A DNA stretch of 64,000 bases from Amoebophrya sp. A120 (lineage: Eukaryota > Protista > Dinoflagellata): positions 2,574,226 to 2,638,225 of the forward strand of contig CAJINV010000002.1 of assembly GCA_905178155.1 (NCBI GenBank). Direction: 5' to 3'. Below, in pieces: positions 13,020 through 25,439 of the stretch (position 1 is the stretch's first letter; every line of letters begins with the position of its first letter). The notes beneath the pieces are model-generated. The model had not been told where the DNA came from, did no database searches, and worked only from the letters and a program-made list of their open reading frames with translations. Position numbers and translations under genes: made by a program.

Positions 13020-14270
13020 TAGCGCGGCAGCGGGGTCGTCGTTTCGCGTAAAGCCGTCGCCACCGGCAGCGAGGCAGGGCCTCCGGTCAGGGTCTTGGAG
13101 TCGCTCGCAGTGGCGCGCTTTCCCCCGCCAACGAGAGCACTACCCTGGGCGCGTGTCTCCTGCGAAACGGGGACGCGGAACGCCTTCGCAGGATGGAGCT
13201 CGGCGAATATCTTTTGAGCCTTACCGGGGCCGCATCCATAGCCCCCCGGGCCCTTTCCAAAGAATAGCAGGCGGCGGGCCCGCGGCCGCGCCCGTTCTTT
13301 CAGGGCGTAGCGCGCCCGGCAGCGCGCGCCTTCGGGGCGGCCGGCCGCAGTGTGGCGGGCCGTTCTACTGGGGCCAACTGGCTGAAAAACGAAGCAGGCG
13401 CCTGCCTTCGTGTGCGACGAGTTGGCCGGAGGGCTGGCGCGGAACGCCCCTCCCGGGCGTGGAGATTGTGGCCGGTCGGCGGATGGCGGCGCCGGCGGCG
13501 CGTCGCGGCCCCGACCGCCTTGGCCCCTTTGGGTTGCCGGCGGTTTTTGGGGTCAGTGGGACAGGGGGCGCGGCCCAGGTGCGGAAACTTCTCCGAAAGG
13601 GTCGGGAGCATTTCAACACTTGCGCGGCAACATTCCGACAAGCGGCGGCACTTCGGACCTGCGGCAGCGATTCGGGGCGGGGCGTATTAGTGAAAGGGGG
13701 CCCCCGCGGCAGTCGCGGGCGCCATTGCGGGGGCGCGCCTATTCGGCGGACGCCGCTCGGCCGACTGGGGCAGCAGCAGGGGGCGGCGAAAAAGGAGAAA
13801 GAGCTGCGAGATGAAGAGCCCGGGGCTGAGGATCTAGGCGGGCGCCCGCGAAAGGGGCCAAGGCGTGGAAGGATGAACCTGGGCCGCCCGGCTTCCTTTT
13901 GTGCTCCCAGCGCGCCGCGCTTCCCCCCCCCCGCAGGGGCCCGGGAGAGGGCGCCGCCTTGCGGCCCGCCGCCGGCCTTCCACCTATTTCGCGCGGCCCC
14001 CGCCCGCAAGGGCGCGCCCGATTCTCTCGGGCCGGCTGGCCCGGCGGCTTATATTGCGCCGCCCGCGACCCCGCCGCCCTGGTCTTGCGTGGCCCGCCGC
14101 GGTCCGCTAGCATATTGACACCCAGCCGGGGCGGCGTCCTCGGCGGCTGTCTTGCCGAGGGCCCCGGCCAACAGCTACCGCGCCGGGGCGGGCTTTTTTG
14201 GCCCTCGCCGGCGAGCGGAGCTACCGCCAGGCCAGTCGCTTCCCGTGCGCAGCCGGGGCCGCTGCCTGGC
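13020..14270. other. GC-rich, hairpin-rich intergenic island of unknown nature
   Basis: Visibly far higher GC than flanks; low-information ORFs in many frames. Confidence 0.7.
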
Positions 14271-14717
14271 TGTGCTTTCTCTCTGTTACGTCCAATCAAG
14301 TAAGCGCACTACTACGCGCGACAAAGAGAGTCGCTGCACTGCGCTCGACACCTTCTTTGCAGGCCGTGGAGTAGCGGCAGTTGGGTTCTTCATGCTCGAT
14401 AGGGGATCCATCGCTCTCTTCATCAACATCCGAAGCGACTTCTGCACAATAACGGAGGCTGGGACATGTATTTGATGTGCAGGAGAAGTTGAAGAAGGTT
14501 CTATCCGATCGCAAATAGAACTTTACCTGTTTTAGTAGTAAGCCCCAACAACTCAGCATAAGCTCTACCACCACGAGAGCTACATAAAACAGACGCCACA
14601 AGAAGAAGTAAATTTCTGCTCTGCGCCACAAAAACCTATTGCAGTAGACAACGAAATCGGAATCCGCCACGTGACAGCATCACTCTTCATCACTACATTC
14701 AAATTTTCTTCACAACC

Positions 14718-15786
14718 ATGGACCACCCGTCTCGCCGAGTGATGAACACCCACTCGTCTGCCCCGGCAGCGACCCGCGCCGCTCGGCTCCTCGCCACGGC
14801 CGCGAAGATTTCGACTGCAGGAATCGTGGTCTCCGCCAGCCGGGCTTCTCCTACTCCGTCCGATTCCCCCTCCTCTGCGTTGGAAGTTTCGCAGGGAGAA
14901 GTGGTCCAGGAGTACAACGGATCATCTCCGGAGCAAGTACAAACTGCAAACGCCGCAGCTGGTGGTCCCGAACATCTTCAGACCAAGCCGCTCTATTACA
15001 CGTCTGGAACTCTGAAAGGCCGCGAAGCCTATGACCACATGCTCTACTCTGACACGGACGAGTTTTTCGCGAACAATGAGCGCCTATGCATTGCAAATAT
15101 GTCATCTGGGTCTGGAAAACTGCAACTTGTGATGCGGATTCTGGATCTGGAACAGGCCAAAAATCTGTATTGCGTAGTCAGCAAAAGGTGCCCAATTTTT
15201 GTCTCTAGAAGAGGGCATTGGTCATGCGGAATAGGCATGGAGAAGCTGCCGCAGAGTTTGTCATGCTCTGTGTGCATTCCAGACGTTTTTGTAGATGTAA
15301 AAAATGCATGACAAATGTCTGACTTCTTCCAGACCCAGACATATTTGCATTTGATAGCGCCAAAACATCGACTACACAAGGAGTGGTCCTCGGCTTCCAC
15401 ACGGATCATACGGGAACAGCGCGTTTGCCAACACGTGGCTCACATCAACTTCCCCCATCAGCTACCTGCAGGGCCTGTGGCACCGGACCCTGTACGCAGG
15501 TGCTGGAACGTCGAACGCAAAACATGGCGACAACGAGGAGTCCTGCGGCCCGGAGGAGCTGGCTACAACCTCTCTGGCGAGCAAAAGTCCGGTGAAAGCA
15601 AATTTCGGAGTCGTGACAAAGTCGCCTTCCGGTGAACTCCTCCGAAAACAGGATGTCATGGAGGATCCGTTTTACACCCTGGCGGAGGCGTGCATGCGGG
15701 AGGGGAAAGAATCCTTCGCCTGCAAGAAAATGTACGGCTACAAGAAGGATGGGGACGTCTTCGAGGACGCGGCGCAGGTTTTGTAA
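14718..15786 (+). CDS. Gene 3: hypothetical protein, possibly secreted (2 exons)
   Basis: Removing introner 15085-15356 +5 nt gives an open frame ...NERQNIDY... to TAA at 15786. Confidence 0.75.
15085..15356. mobile_element. Introner family A
   Basis: TIR; DR GCGCC. Confidence 0.9.
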
Positions 15787-16890
15787 AAAAAGGATGGATC
15801 ATGTGAACTGATCAGTTTCATCAATATCACATGGCGTACGTCATTTTTGCACTGTAAGTTCTACGAACTTTCGCGCTCACAGCAGCATTTACTCCCCAGC
15901 GTCTGTTGAAAGTTACTACGGAGAGCGAGTTTGCGCTTGTACCAATACACAGCTCATCGCATTTTTGTAAAAGAAATTCAAGCTATTTTCATTTTGGCGT
16001 TTTGCGCATAAGCATGTTTCTAATTTGATTTTGTAGCTCAAATTTTTCTTCTGGAATCCTCATACATTCCCATACTAGCAGTACCCCTGCGCCGCATTGC
16101 TTTTCGATTTTGCAGATACACACGAGGAAAGATCGTTCTTCAAATAGCAGTCCCCTTGCATGCAAGAGAGTTGTACAACGATATTAAAGTAGAGACCATC
16201 TTCATGAGAACAGCACAACCGCAAGCCCGGTACATGTTTCCCATTCCTTTGTCATGACATGCATCTTCAACAGCTCGGATTTAAGTACCACATCCACTGT
16301 GCAAGTTTAGAATTTTGAACACATCTCTTTCGCATGTTGATTAGTAGCTGCGAAGAAAGTGGTGGCTGCCTGTTGCTTTTTAAGTGGTTTTGCCACCGGT
16401 TTTGTCTCAACGTCGGTCAGAAAAAAACACGCTTCGGTACTACCAGCTGATTTGCAGTGGAGTAATTATGCACAAATACCACGACAGCCTTTCATTCTGA
16501 TTCCATCGGTCTTGCCTTTGCAAAAAAACCGTTTCGGTTTTGTCGTGCAGAATTCAAAAATCTGTTTCGTACAAATCGTTCTTGAAACAAGACTTCGGTC
16601 TGTACCAGTAGCTCGTCGTCCACGATGTGCCGTTTTGTCGTCCACCATGAATGTAAGCAGTCACAGAAAGGATGATGTGCATTTTAAATATTAGCATCCA
16701 GTCTATTACAACAAGAACTTACAGGTCTCTCCAACGCAAAAAGTCTCTCGACGATATTGCGAATTGCACTAGCGCTTGACAACAAGTCTATTGAAAGTTT
16801 AGGTGTAGCCCACCACATAAATTGTTTTTCCAATTCAAATATATTTAACGGCACAACTCAACAAACGATCACCATCACGCAAAAAAAAAA

Positions 16891-19800
16891 ATGGCCCCCA
16901 CAAGTAAATCTTCCAAAAGCGGTCAATCCGCCCTCCCTTTCAATCTCCTCCAACGGAAGGACTCCATTTCCGACCTTCCGCAAGACCAGCTGAACGACCA
17001 GAACGCGATCGCTTTTCTCAAAGACCGCCTGGACGATGAGCTTGGGTGGGCGTTCCTCGGGAATCTCCGGGACAACCATTTACTGGTCCTGGATGAGCAG
17101 AACTGCGAGGAGGGGATCAAAATTCTCCTCGGGCAGGATGTCGACCATGTGGAGTTGCAGCAGCAAAATTTGAAGCAACTCGGAATTAATAAGCCGGGCG
17201 GGAACCAGGCTTTCTTGGCCAGAGCTACTCTCGGCGGGGAATTAGGCGCTCGGTCTCTCCGGAAGTTGACGGACAGTGATAACTGCTTTGTCTGTCTCGG
17301 AGATAGCAAACGCGTCATCGGCCACAGTTTGATCACAAATTTGCTGAAGAAGTCGGATGAATTTCAGCTCCAAACGGTTGTTTACGACAAAATCCTGAAA
17401 GAAAATTCCTTTTTGAAAAACCACCTCCGTCCGAGAATCCCGCTCGCCGATAAATTTCGCGTCGGGTGCTACATTCTGCGCGAGTTCGCGCAACTGCCGA
17501 ATTCCCGCATGGCGTTCCCCCACATGACGGAGCTGGTTTTTGACCACAACGACCACTGCCTCGGCTTGTTGATCGAACCGTCCCTCGGCCCGTGCCACAC
17601 AAAGCAGTGCACGGAATACCGGATCTTCGACGCGTTGTGTTTCCCGAACGACGGAAGATATGCGCCGACGCGAGCGAGTATCAAATGTAAAAATGTCTGG
17701 GTCTGGAAGGTTGCCAGGTTTGTCATGCATATTTTGCATGACTCAGGATGTCTGTAATGCATGATCTAGCATTACATATTTCTAGAGGCGCTCCTGATGC
17801 CTATCCCGCATGACAAATGCCCTCCCCGCGTAGCACAAACTGGGCGCCTCTTGCTGGTCATGCAATACAGATTTTTTTAGAGTCCAAAGTTAGCATCACA
17901 AGTTGCATTCTTCCAGACCCAGACATCTTTACATTTGATAGCGAGCATTCGGGACAGCTACGTGGATCAGGGGGGGATGACGGGGCAAGACGACAGTTCC
18001 AAATTCGGCAAAACGGAGGACATTATCGAGGACGTCGTCGGTTTACCCGGGTTCCAGATGGTGAAACCCGGAAATACGAAAAAAGCAAGCAAAGACGGCG
18101 AGGACCAGTCCAAACAGCAGCAAAAATTCACTTATGAAAACGAAACGAAGCAACCCTTCATCGACGCGAACATCACTTTCGCAAACCCATCGCTCCGCAA
18201 GGCGTTTGAAATGCTGGACGTGTCGGACAAAAACGTTGCGCAAATTGCGTCGATTCTCGCCGCAATCGCGATTTTGTCCAAAATCGAATTCACCAACCGC
18301 CAAGAATCCGCGGTCAATGCGCCGATCACGCCAGAGTCCGGGAAAGAACCGCACGACAATGAAGTTCCAACTTTGACGAAGTCGAGCCAACAGCGGGCCA
18401 AGGACGCGGCGAAATATCTGGGGGTGGAATCCGACGATTTGATCGCGTTTCTGACCATGACGAAGGTGAAAGTCCCGGAGGGGGTTTTGCAGCGGAATTC
18501 GATGTACAAAGGGGCGAATCCAGCAGCTGCAAATGCGGACGGTACAAGTAAAAATGTGAACAATCCGAACCAGACCGGTCGCTTCCTGGACGAAAACCGG
18601 TTTGCCACCGACATCGACCCGGCTAGTCTGGATTTAGCCGGGAAAACTTCACTGTCCTTTCTGAAACTGGAACTCCGGCGGTTTGTCCGGGTGTTGTACA
18701 ACCGTTTGTATTACCGGGTGATCCTCCGCTCGATCAACCGGGGTCTTTCCGACAAAATCGCGCCGATGTTCTTGGAGTTAGTCGAGCAGTTCGGGCAACA
18801 GAATTTGACGAGTGCTAATTCCAGCAATTTTCCGATCGACTCCCCGGCGATTATCCCGTGTCAAGCCCGACCGGGTTGTTTGATGCACGCCAGGGCTTTG
18901 GTCCGGAAGCAGATTGAGGAAGGGCAAATTTCGGACAACAGCAACTCTTTGCCCTTTTTAACCCAAAACTGCAAGTCGGTTGTGTCTGTCATCGATGGTC
19001 TCTCCGACGTTGTCGAACCTTTCGAATTGAATGATTCCTGGACGCAATTTTTCAAGAACTACGCGTTCGAGAAGTTCCAGGGTTTGTTCGAGGAAAACCT
19101 CGTGATGCAGCAAGCCTTGTACCGGAAAGAGGGGGTGAAACTCCACTTCTCCGGCGTGTCCGCCGATAATTCATCCTCTGCGGTGACAATGTCGAAGGAT
19201 AAGACTGGTCAACACCAACACGCCGGACACATTCTCGCGGATCTGGGCCCGAGTAAGGAGGAGCGGATTGGGTTGCTGGATAACATGAACCTGATCATCA
19301 ACATTCTCGACAACTTTCTCCACGAAAACTCCGAGAAGGGAAAGGAGCACCGGCAGACGGCGAGAACCGGGGGGAATTTGGATTCGAAATTTCACGAGGA
19401 GCTGATTTTAGAAACTAGCGGGTTGAACAGCAGCAATACGACCGAGGCGGGAGCCGCTGGCGGTGCTACTTCCAGTGCACAACCTACTACAACGTCGAAT
19501 AAAACCTTCCAGACTGTTGCCGCGAAGAAAAGATTGGATATTTCTTCGAAATCCAAATCTGGCGGGCGTGTGGTTTCCTTCCAACTCATCCACTACACGG
19601 AATCCCTATCAAGTGTAAAAATGTCTGGGTCTCTGGAAGAGGGCAAGACTTGTCTTGCAGGTTTTCCATGACCCATGAGGCCTGGCATGCCGATCCTGCA
19701 TGAGAAACTGCCTCTAAGAACCTGTGGCAAAAGTGGGAAACTTTTGGCGACCACGCAACACAGATTTTTGTATGATTTAGATTTACCATGACAAGTTGCA

Positions 19801-22800
19801 GCATGCCAGACCCAGACATATTTGCAATGGATAATCGCGCGTCGAGTACGACTTCACCAACTGGGTGTCGCGGAACGAACGGTCTATTTCGTTAAACGGG
19901 GAGAATTTGCTGAAGGGGTCGAGCTTACCGATGGTCCGGGTTGTGTTAGCTGGCGAGGATGCGGAATCTGTGTTGAAGATCGGTGCGAATAACGCGAATA
20001 ATTTGCGTGGTAAATTGTCGGAGGAGGAACAACAGCAAAACTACCCGACCTTGCACACCCGTTCGTTCGCATCGTGTTATCGGAAGAAAATCCAGGACAT
20101 GCTGAACACGATTGATACCTCTGTGGCCGGGAAAACGAAGTTCGTCCGGTGCTTGCGGATCAACAGCTTGGCGGGGAGTAAAGCGCTGCCGGATCAGGCG
20201 ACTTGGTCGAAGATTGTGGACAACAAATACTTGGCGCAACAACTCCTCGCGACGAAGTCGACCCATTTGTACCAATTACTGTCGCATGGGTTCGAATGGG
20301 TGTTACCGCATGAACCCTTATGCAATGCTTTCATGCAGGAGCTGATGCAGTTGAAAAAGAAGCAAAACTCTTCTTCCGGGCAGGCGAGATCCGGGTCGAA
20401 GAGCTCGAATCGGTCGTCTCTGTTGGAGATGAACGCTCTGGAGTACAAGCAGCGGTTTCTGCTCTTAAACACGGAAAACAACTCACCCCACCACGGACAC
20501 GTGCTGCATCAAATCGGAGCTTCGAACCGAGCGTCAGGCGGTTTGAATCTTGGTCAAGGATCTCGTGGTTCTACTGGCATCAACGATATACCGTCGGGTC
20601 AGCAGGCGTTCAGTTCGAACGTGTTGGAGTTTTTGGAATTGCTGTTGAACCTGGTGTTGAAACGGATTTTAAAAGACCACCGGAAGGAGTTTCTGAACAG
20701 TTTCGCGTCAGAATTCCCCGACGAATCCTCCTCCTCCGAAGAATCCGACGAGTCCACGGCGATTGACGATCCGACGGTGGCGAATCACCTCATGGTGAAC
20801 GCGCCGAGCCGGATCAAACCGATGAAGGACGTGATGGTCGGGAAATCGTTGTTGTTTTTACATGCTCGGCACAAACGGGTTTATTTGTTCTTACGTGAAT
20901 TACTGGAATTGGTTTTCAACGGGGATTTGCAAACCGCGAGGGTAAGACTCGGGTTGACGAAGGAGCAGATGGGGCAAGATTTGAGTGTGGTTCCGTCAGG
21001 GATTTTGGTGAAGAAAAAATCCAAATTATCCTCAGTAAAAACGTACCCACACCAGAGTTGTAATGCAAATCTGCATGCTGAAAATGTTTCTCATGCGGAG
21101 CCCCATGAGAAGCATTTTCCAATCGTGTTTTGCAACTTGTCATGCTCCAATCAGCATGGTATGCTAGATCTGTGATGCTGCCGAGCTAGCTCAAGCAGCA
21201 CTACACTACGAATCCAAATTTGTCATGCAAAACAGCCAAAGCTTGTGGATTTGTCTAGCTGATTCCCCAACTTGACTCTGGTGTGGGTACGTTTTTACTC
21301 AGGATACAAATCGACCTCGGTCTTGTTCAAGGACATGCCGAGTACATCGGGAGATTCTGGTGAGAAGAAGCGTGAATCTTCTTCGAAAAAGGACCGCAAA
21401 TCCCTGTCGGAAAAGGAAAAGAAACGGCAGCAGCAAATCGCGGACAGCTTGGAAGGGAAACAGGAACGGCAATCAGAAATGGAAAAGAAGAAAACCCCAG
21501 TCCTCGACGAGCCCCTTTCTGGTGTTTACAAGCGCCCGAAGAAAGAGGACTTGCTGGAGAAAATCCGCACTTCCCTCGACAACGGAGAAACACTCCTACC
21601 CGGTTCCGTATCAACTGCAACTATGTCTGGGTCCGGAAACTTGTGATGCATGTCAGTCAAAAATAAGCACACTGTAATGCACCGCCAAACATGACAGATT
21701 TCTCCGCAGCTCTGTGTTGCGTATTCGGCATGAGAAGCAGCCACTTTGCATGACACAAAAGAGGAGCTCTTCGTAGCGACGCAATACAGAGCTTAGTGTC
21801 AACATGCCAGACTAGCATGACAAATGTCGCATTCTTCCAGACCCAGACATATTTGCATTTCATATTCCGCGCACACTGACAACATGCCACGGGTCGATGT
21901 GGAGAAAGATTTCCAGCCTAAATTCAAACGGCCGCCGCTACAATTGCTGAAATCCGCGGTGAAGCAGGTGGTCGCGGCTAAATCGAGCAAATTGTCCAAG
22001 AAGAAGGAAAAGGGTATTGTCGTTGACCTATCCGACGGCATCCCTTTAAACGCCGTGCAGATCAAGGAAAACGTGCGGAAATCCATGGCGAGAGGCGATG
22101 TTTTGGATAAAAACGTGAGCCCGCAGCCGGAAGTTGCTGGGAATAACGTAGTGCCGAAGTTCTTGAAGGCGACGACCGAGGATAAAGAGGGGGTTGCGGC
22201 GCAAGTTCGCAAGTCGAGTTCTGGGGAGCGGAAGTTGATGGACAGAGCGGGCATGGGTGCGAATGTGAACACGAGTAACATGGTACAACTATCCGCCAGC
22301 ACTGTATGAAATGCAAATATGTCTGGGTCTGCAAGAGTGCAAGTTTGTCATGCTTGTCTGGCATGACTCTCAAATCTGTGATGCGTGAGCAGGAAAAGGG
22401 CCTCTTGCCTGTCATGCAAAAACGCAGCTTGTCATGCGAAAAACGAAACACACAGCAGCACGAAAAACTTGTCATGCTGGGCTGCATATTACAGTGCGCC
22501 CACCATTCGCAAATTAGCATTACAAGTTCTTATTTCCAGACCCAGACATTATATTTGCAATGCATACACTGCACCTCCTGCGAAGAAGAGATCCAGCACG
22601 ACATCCCCGCCGCCGCAGAGACGGGTCAGTAAGTCGGACGGGATCGTTCGCAGGATGAGCCAGGGTAGTACGACTGGGAAGCAAGAGAAAGAGCAAATTC
22701 CTGCGCAGCCAGCCGCGGAGACGCAGCGATTCTCTGCAGGTCGGAGGTTTGGGTTCACCGCGGGGTCTATCAAATGTAAAAATGTCTGGGTCTGGAAGGA

Positions 22801-24448
22801 TGCAAATTGTGATGCGGCCTTTGGATTCTACAAAAATCTGTATTGCGTGAGCAGCAAGAGGAGTTCAGTTTTTGCCACGCAGAGGGGGCATTTCTCATGC
22901 GGTATAGGCATCAGGAAGCGCTCACAAAATCTGTGATGCTGGGGCATGCATCACAGGCATCATGGATCATGCAAAATGAGCATGAGAAATCTCACAACCT
23001 TCCAGACCCAGACATTTTTACAGTTGATAGGGTCAAGGGGCGAGTCCGCGCAAGCAGCAAACGCGGTGGCGGCAAACGCTACGCAAGAAAGAGCTTCCAC
23101 CTCTAGTACCAGGAAGAGTAAGAAAACCGACGCCGATGTCATCACGCAGAGCTCTTCTTTAGATCACGCTTTGACGTTGAAGGAGCGGATGGCGATGTTC
23201 AACAAAGCTGCCCACGTGGAGAACCAGATTGTCAAAGCGCCCCGGTCGCCCAGCCCGACTTTGACGCGAAAAGCGCCGTCGGTGCCCGCGACTAGTAGTG
23301 CGGCGGTGGTGTCCAATGTGGCGGGAATAAATCCGCCAGAAGGGAGGAAGTCTCTGTCGCGGAAATCTGTGAAGAAGCAGGAACAACCTGTTGTTCCAGA
23401 ACCGATATGGATTGCAAAAATGTCTGGGTCTGGAAGAATGCAAGATTTGTCATGCATATTTCTCATGACCCACGATGCCTGTAATGCATGCCCCAGCGTC
23501 ACAGGTTTTTTGAGGGATTCTTGATGCCCATTCCGCATGACAAATGCCCTCTCCGCGTAGCAAAAATTAGACTCTGTTTGCTGCTCATGCAACACAAATT
23601 TTTTAGGCATCGAAACACAGCATCACAAGTTGCATTCTTCCAGACCCAGACATTTTTACAGTTGATATCCAGAACCGAATGACAACGACGACATTGAAAT
23701 CGTCGTGGACGGGTCTCCTCGAGAAGCTGCTGCTTCTATCAAATGCAAAAATGTCTGGGTCTGGAAGGATGCAAGGTTTGTCATGCACATTTTGCATGAC
23801 TCCTGATGTCTGCGATGAATGCCCTAGCATCACAGATCTTGTGAGGGCTTTCTGATGCCTATACCGCATGAGAAATGCCCTCTCGCCGTGGCCAAAACCA
23901 GACCTCTTTTGCTGTTCATGCAATACAGATTTTAGGATAATGCAGACGCAGCATCACAAGTTACATCCTTCCAGACCCAGACATTTTTACATTTGATAGC
24001 TTCCGCACCGGCACGAAAGAGCGCTTCACGAGGGCCCGAACAGCAAGACCAGCGAAAAATTTTCCGAAAATCGTCCACCGAGACCTTCGTGAGGGGTTCC
24101 GAATCAAAAGAAGCTGCTGTCATTGCTGCTGCAGCAAACTCGGCGAAGAAGACAACTGTGCCAGTAACCGCCTCTACCCTGCCCGATACAAACCTGCGAA
24201 AGTCCGTTCGCAGCAGCAGAACAGCTGCTGCTACCACGGCGCCGGTGATGCCCACAAAGATTTTAAAATCCGAGGGGAGCAGCCAAATTGCAGCCAGGGC
24301 TGCGGTAGCGGCAGCGAGAGGGCAAAATGTTTCTGCGAAGGGGAAGGGGAAGATGATGGGACCGCCGAAGGGGAAGGGAAAGGCCGTGAGAGCCGCGCCG
24401 CCACCGGTCGAGGATGATACTGGGTTCTTTGGCGGATTGTTTGGTTAA
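16891..24448 (+). CDS. Gene 4: highly divergent myosin (motor-like domain plus long basic low-complexity tail), 9 exons
   Basis: Ordered myosin-head motifs: ILAAIAILSKIEF, AAKYLGV, VLYNRLY..IN, FELNDSWTQFFKNYAFEKFQ..YRKEGV, FQLIHY..VEY, FVRCLRIN, VGKSLLF; 8 introners removable in frame. Confidence 0.85.
17679..17940. mobile_element. Introner family A (inverted relative to 7924 copy)
   Basis: TIR; DR GCGAG. Confidence 0.9.
19607..19833. mobile_element. Introner family A
   Basis: TIR; DR ATCCC/ATCGC. Confidence 0.9.
21027..21306. mobile_element. Introner family C
   Basis: TIR; DR CAAAT. Confidence 0.9.
21609..21864. mobile_element. Introner family A
   Basis: TIR; DR TTCCG. Confidence 0.9.
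22305..22566. mobile_element. Introner family A
   Basis: TIR; DR CACTG. Confidence 0.9.
22768..23029. mobile_element. Introner family A
   Basis: TIR; DR GGGTC. Confidence 0.9.
23406..23667. mobile_element. Introner family A with 11-bp DR
   Basis: TIR; DR TCCAGAACCGA. Confidence 0.9.
23737..23998. mobile_element. Introner family A
   Basis: TIR; DR GCTTC. Confidence 0.9.
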
Positions 24449-25439
24449 GTTTTTAGTCCGCATTTTTCGAGCGATTTGTTTTTTTTCTAAATTTCGAAAC
24501 AAGCGTGTGTACACGCATCCACTTGTACGAATCTCTGAAATACATGGTAGTTTCATTCGTTCTGTATTTTGCACTACCTTCTACGCATACATTATCCGAC
24601 GGTACATTCTTGTCCGTCGTTTCTCACACCGTACGTTTTGCGCGCAGCGCTTCCCAGCCTGTCGCCACGCTTTTATTTCATTCATAGCATAACATGGAAT
24701 CTCCTGAAATTAGTTGAGTGTCACACAACTTTTAATATTCGAGAAGTTTTCATCGACAGCTTATCAACGTAGCCCATTTTATTTACGAGTAGTCGTGTAT
24801 GGTCCCTCAGACTTCAAATCAAATTTTTGCGTTTACAGTACAACATACAAAGTAGTCAACTGATCTCATTGAACAATGCCGCGAACGCGATGGTGACGCA
24901 AGGACGAAAATGGTTTGAGGAAAGGATAACAAGCACAACGCGAGGACACTACTTTGTTCGTCTACTGAATTATCTTTTACTCCCGGAAAATAGTTGCCTA
25001 GCGCAAAAGCGAATCGCTCCTGCTGCCTGCGCGTGTGGATGGAAAAATCGTCATCGTCTTCGTCCTAAATGAAAATGCAAAGTCATTGTGCTCCACCTCG
25101 TCTTGTATCGTTGTGAGAGAGGACCCATGTAGTTGTACTCGTGTTTTGTATGAAAAGTTGAGTTGAGGTTTTGGCTTTCGTTTCTGGAGAGCTGACGTTG
25201 CAGGTGCGAAACAGAATAAGCGCGGACTTCTTCTTATCTGGAGAGCGAGAGGAAATCGTGATCGCTCTAATAAATTTCATCAAAGAGAACAAGTCGGGCT
25301 GCACACCACCACCATTGTTGTTCACGGAGAAAATGATAGGTACAGTATACGGAAGTAAAGAACTGTAAAATAGTGAATAGCGAGCAGACGACGGACTGCA
25401 ACCAAGTTTCTTCATTCGACGTCCAGGGTAAGTATCACC

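Noticed and set aside
12838-14303. 426-aa and overlapping ORFs in the GC island as CDS
   Set aside because: Open in many frames owing to GC content; no ATG start for the long ORF; no recognisable domain
21609-23998. CRISPR-like array of about 30-bp repeats
   Set aside because: Repeats are inverted pairs bounding 260-bp elements with exons between; no cas genes; eukaryotic context
24768-24780. CGTAGCCCATTTT as a dinoflagellate spliced-leader relic
   Set aside because: Short gapped partial match lacking the GGCTCAAG half; compatible with chance
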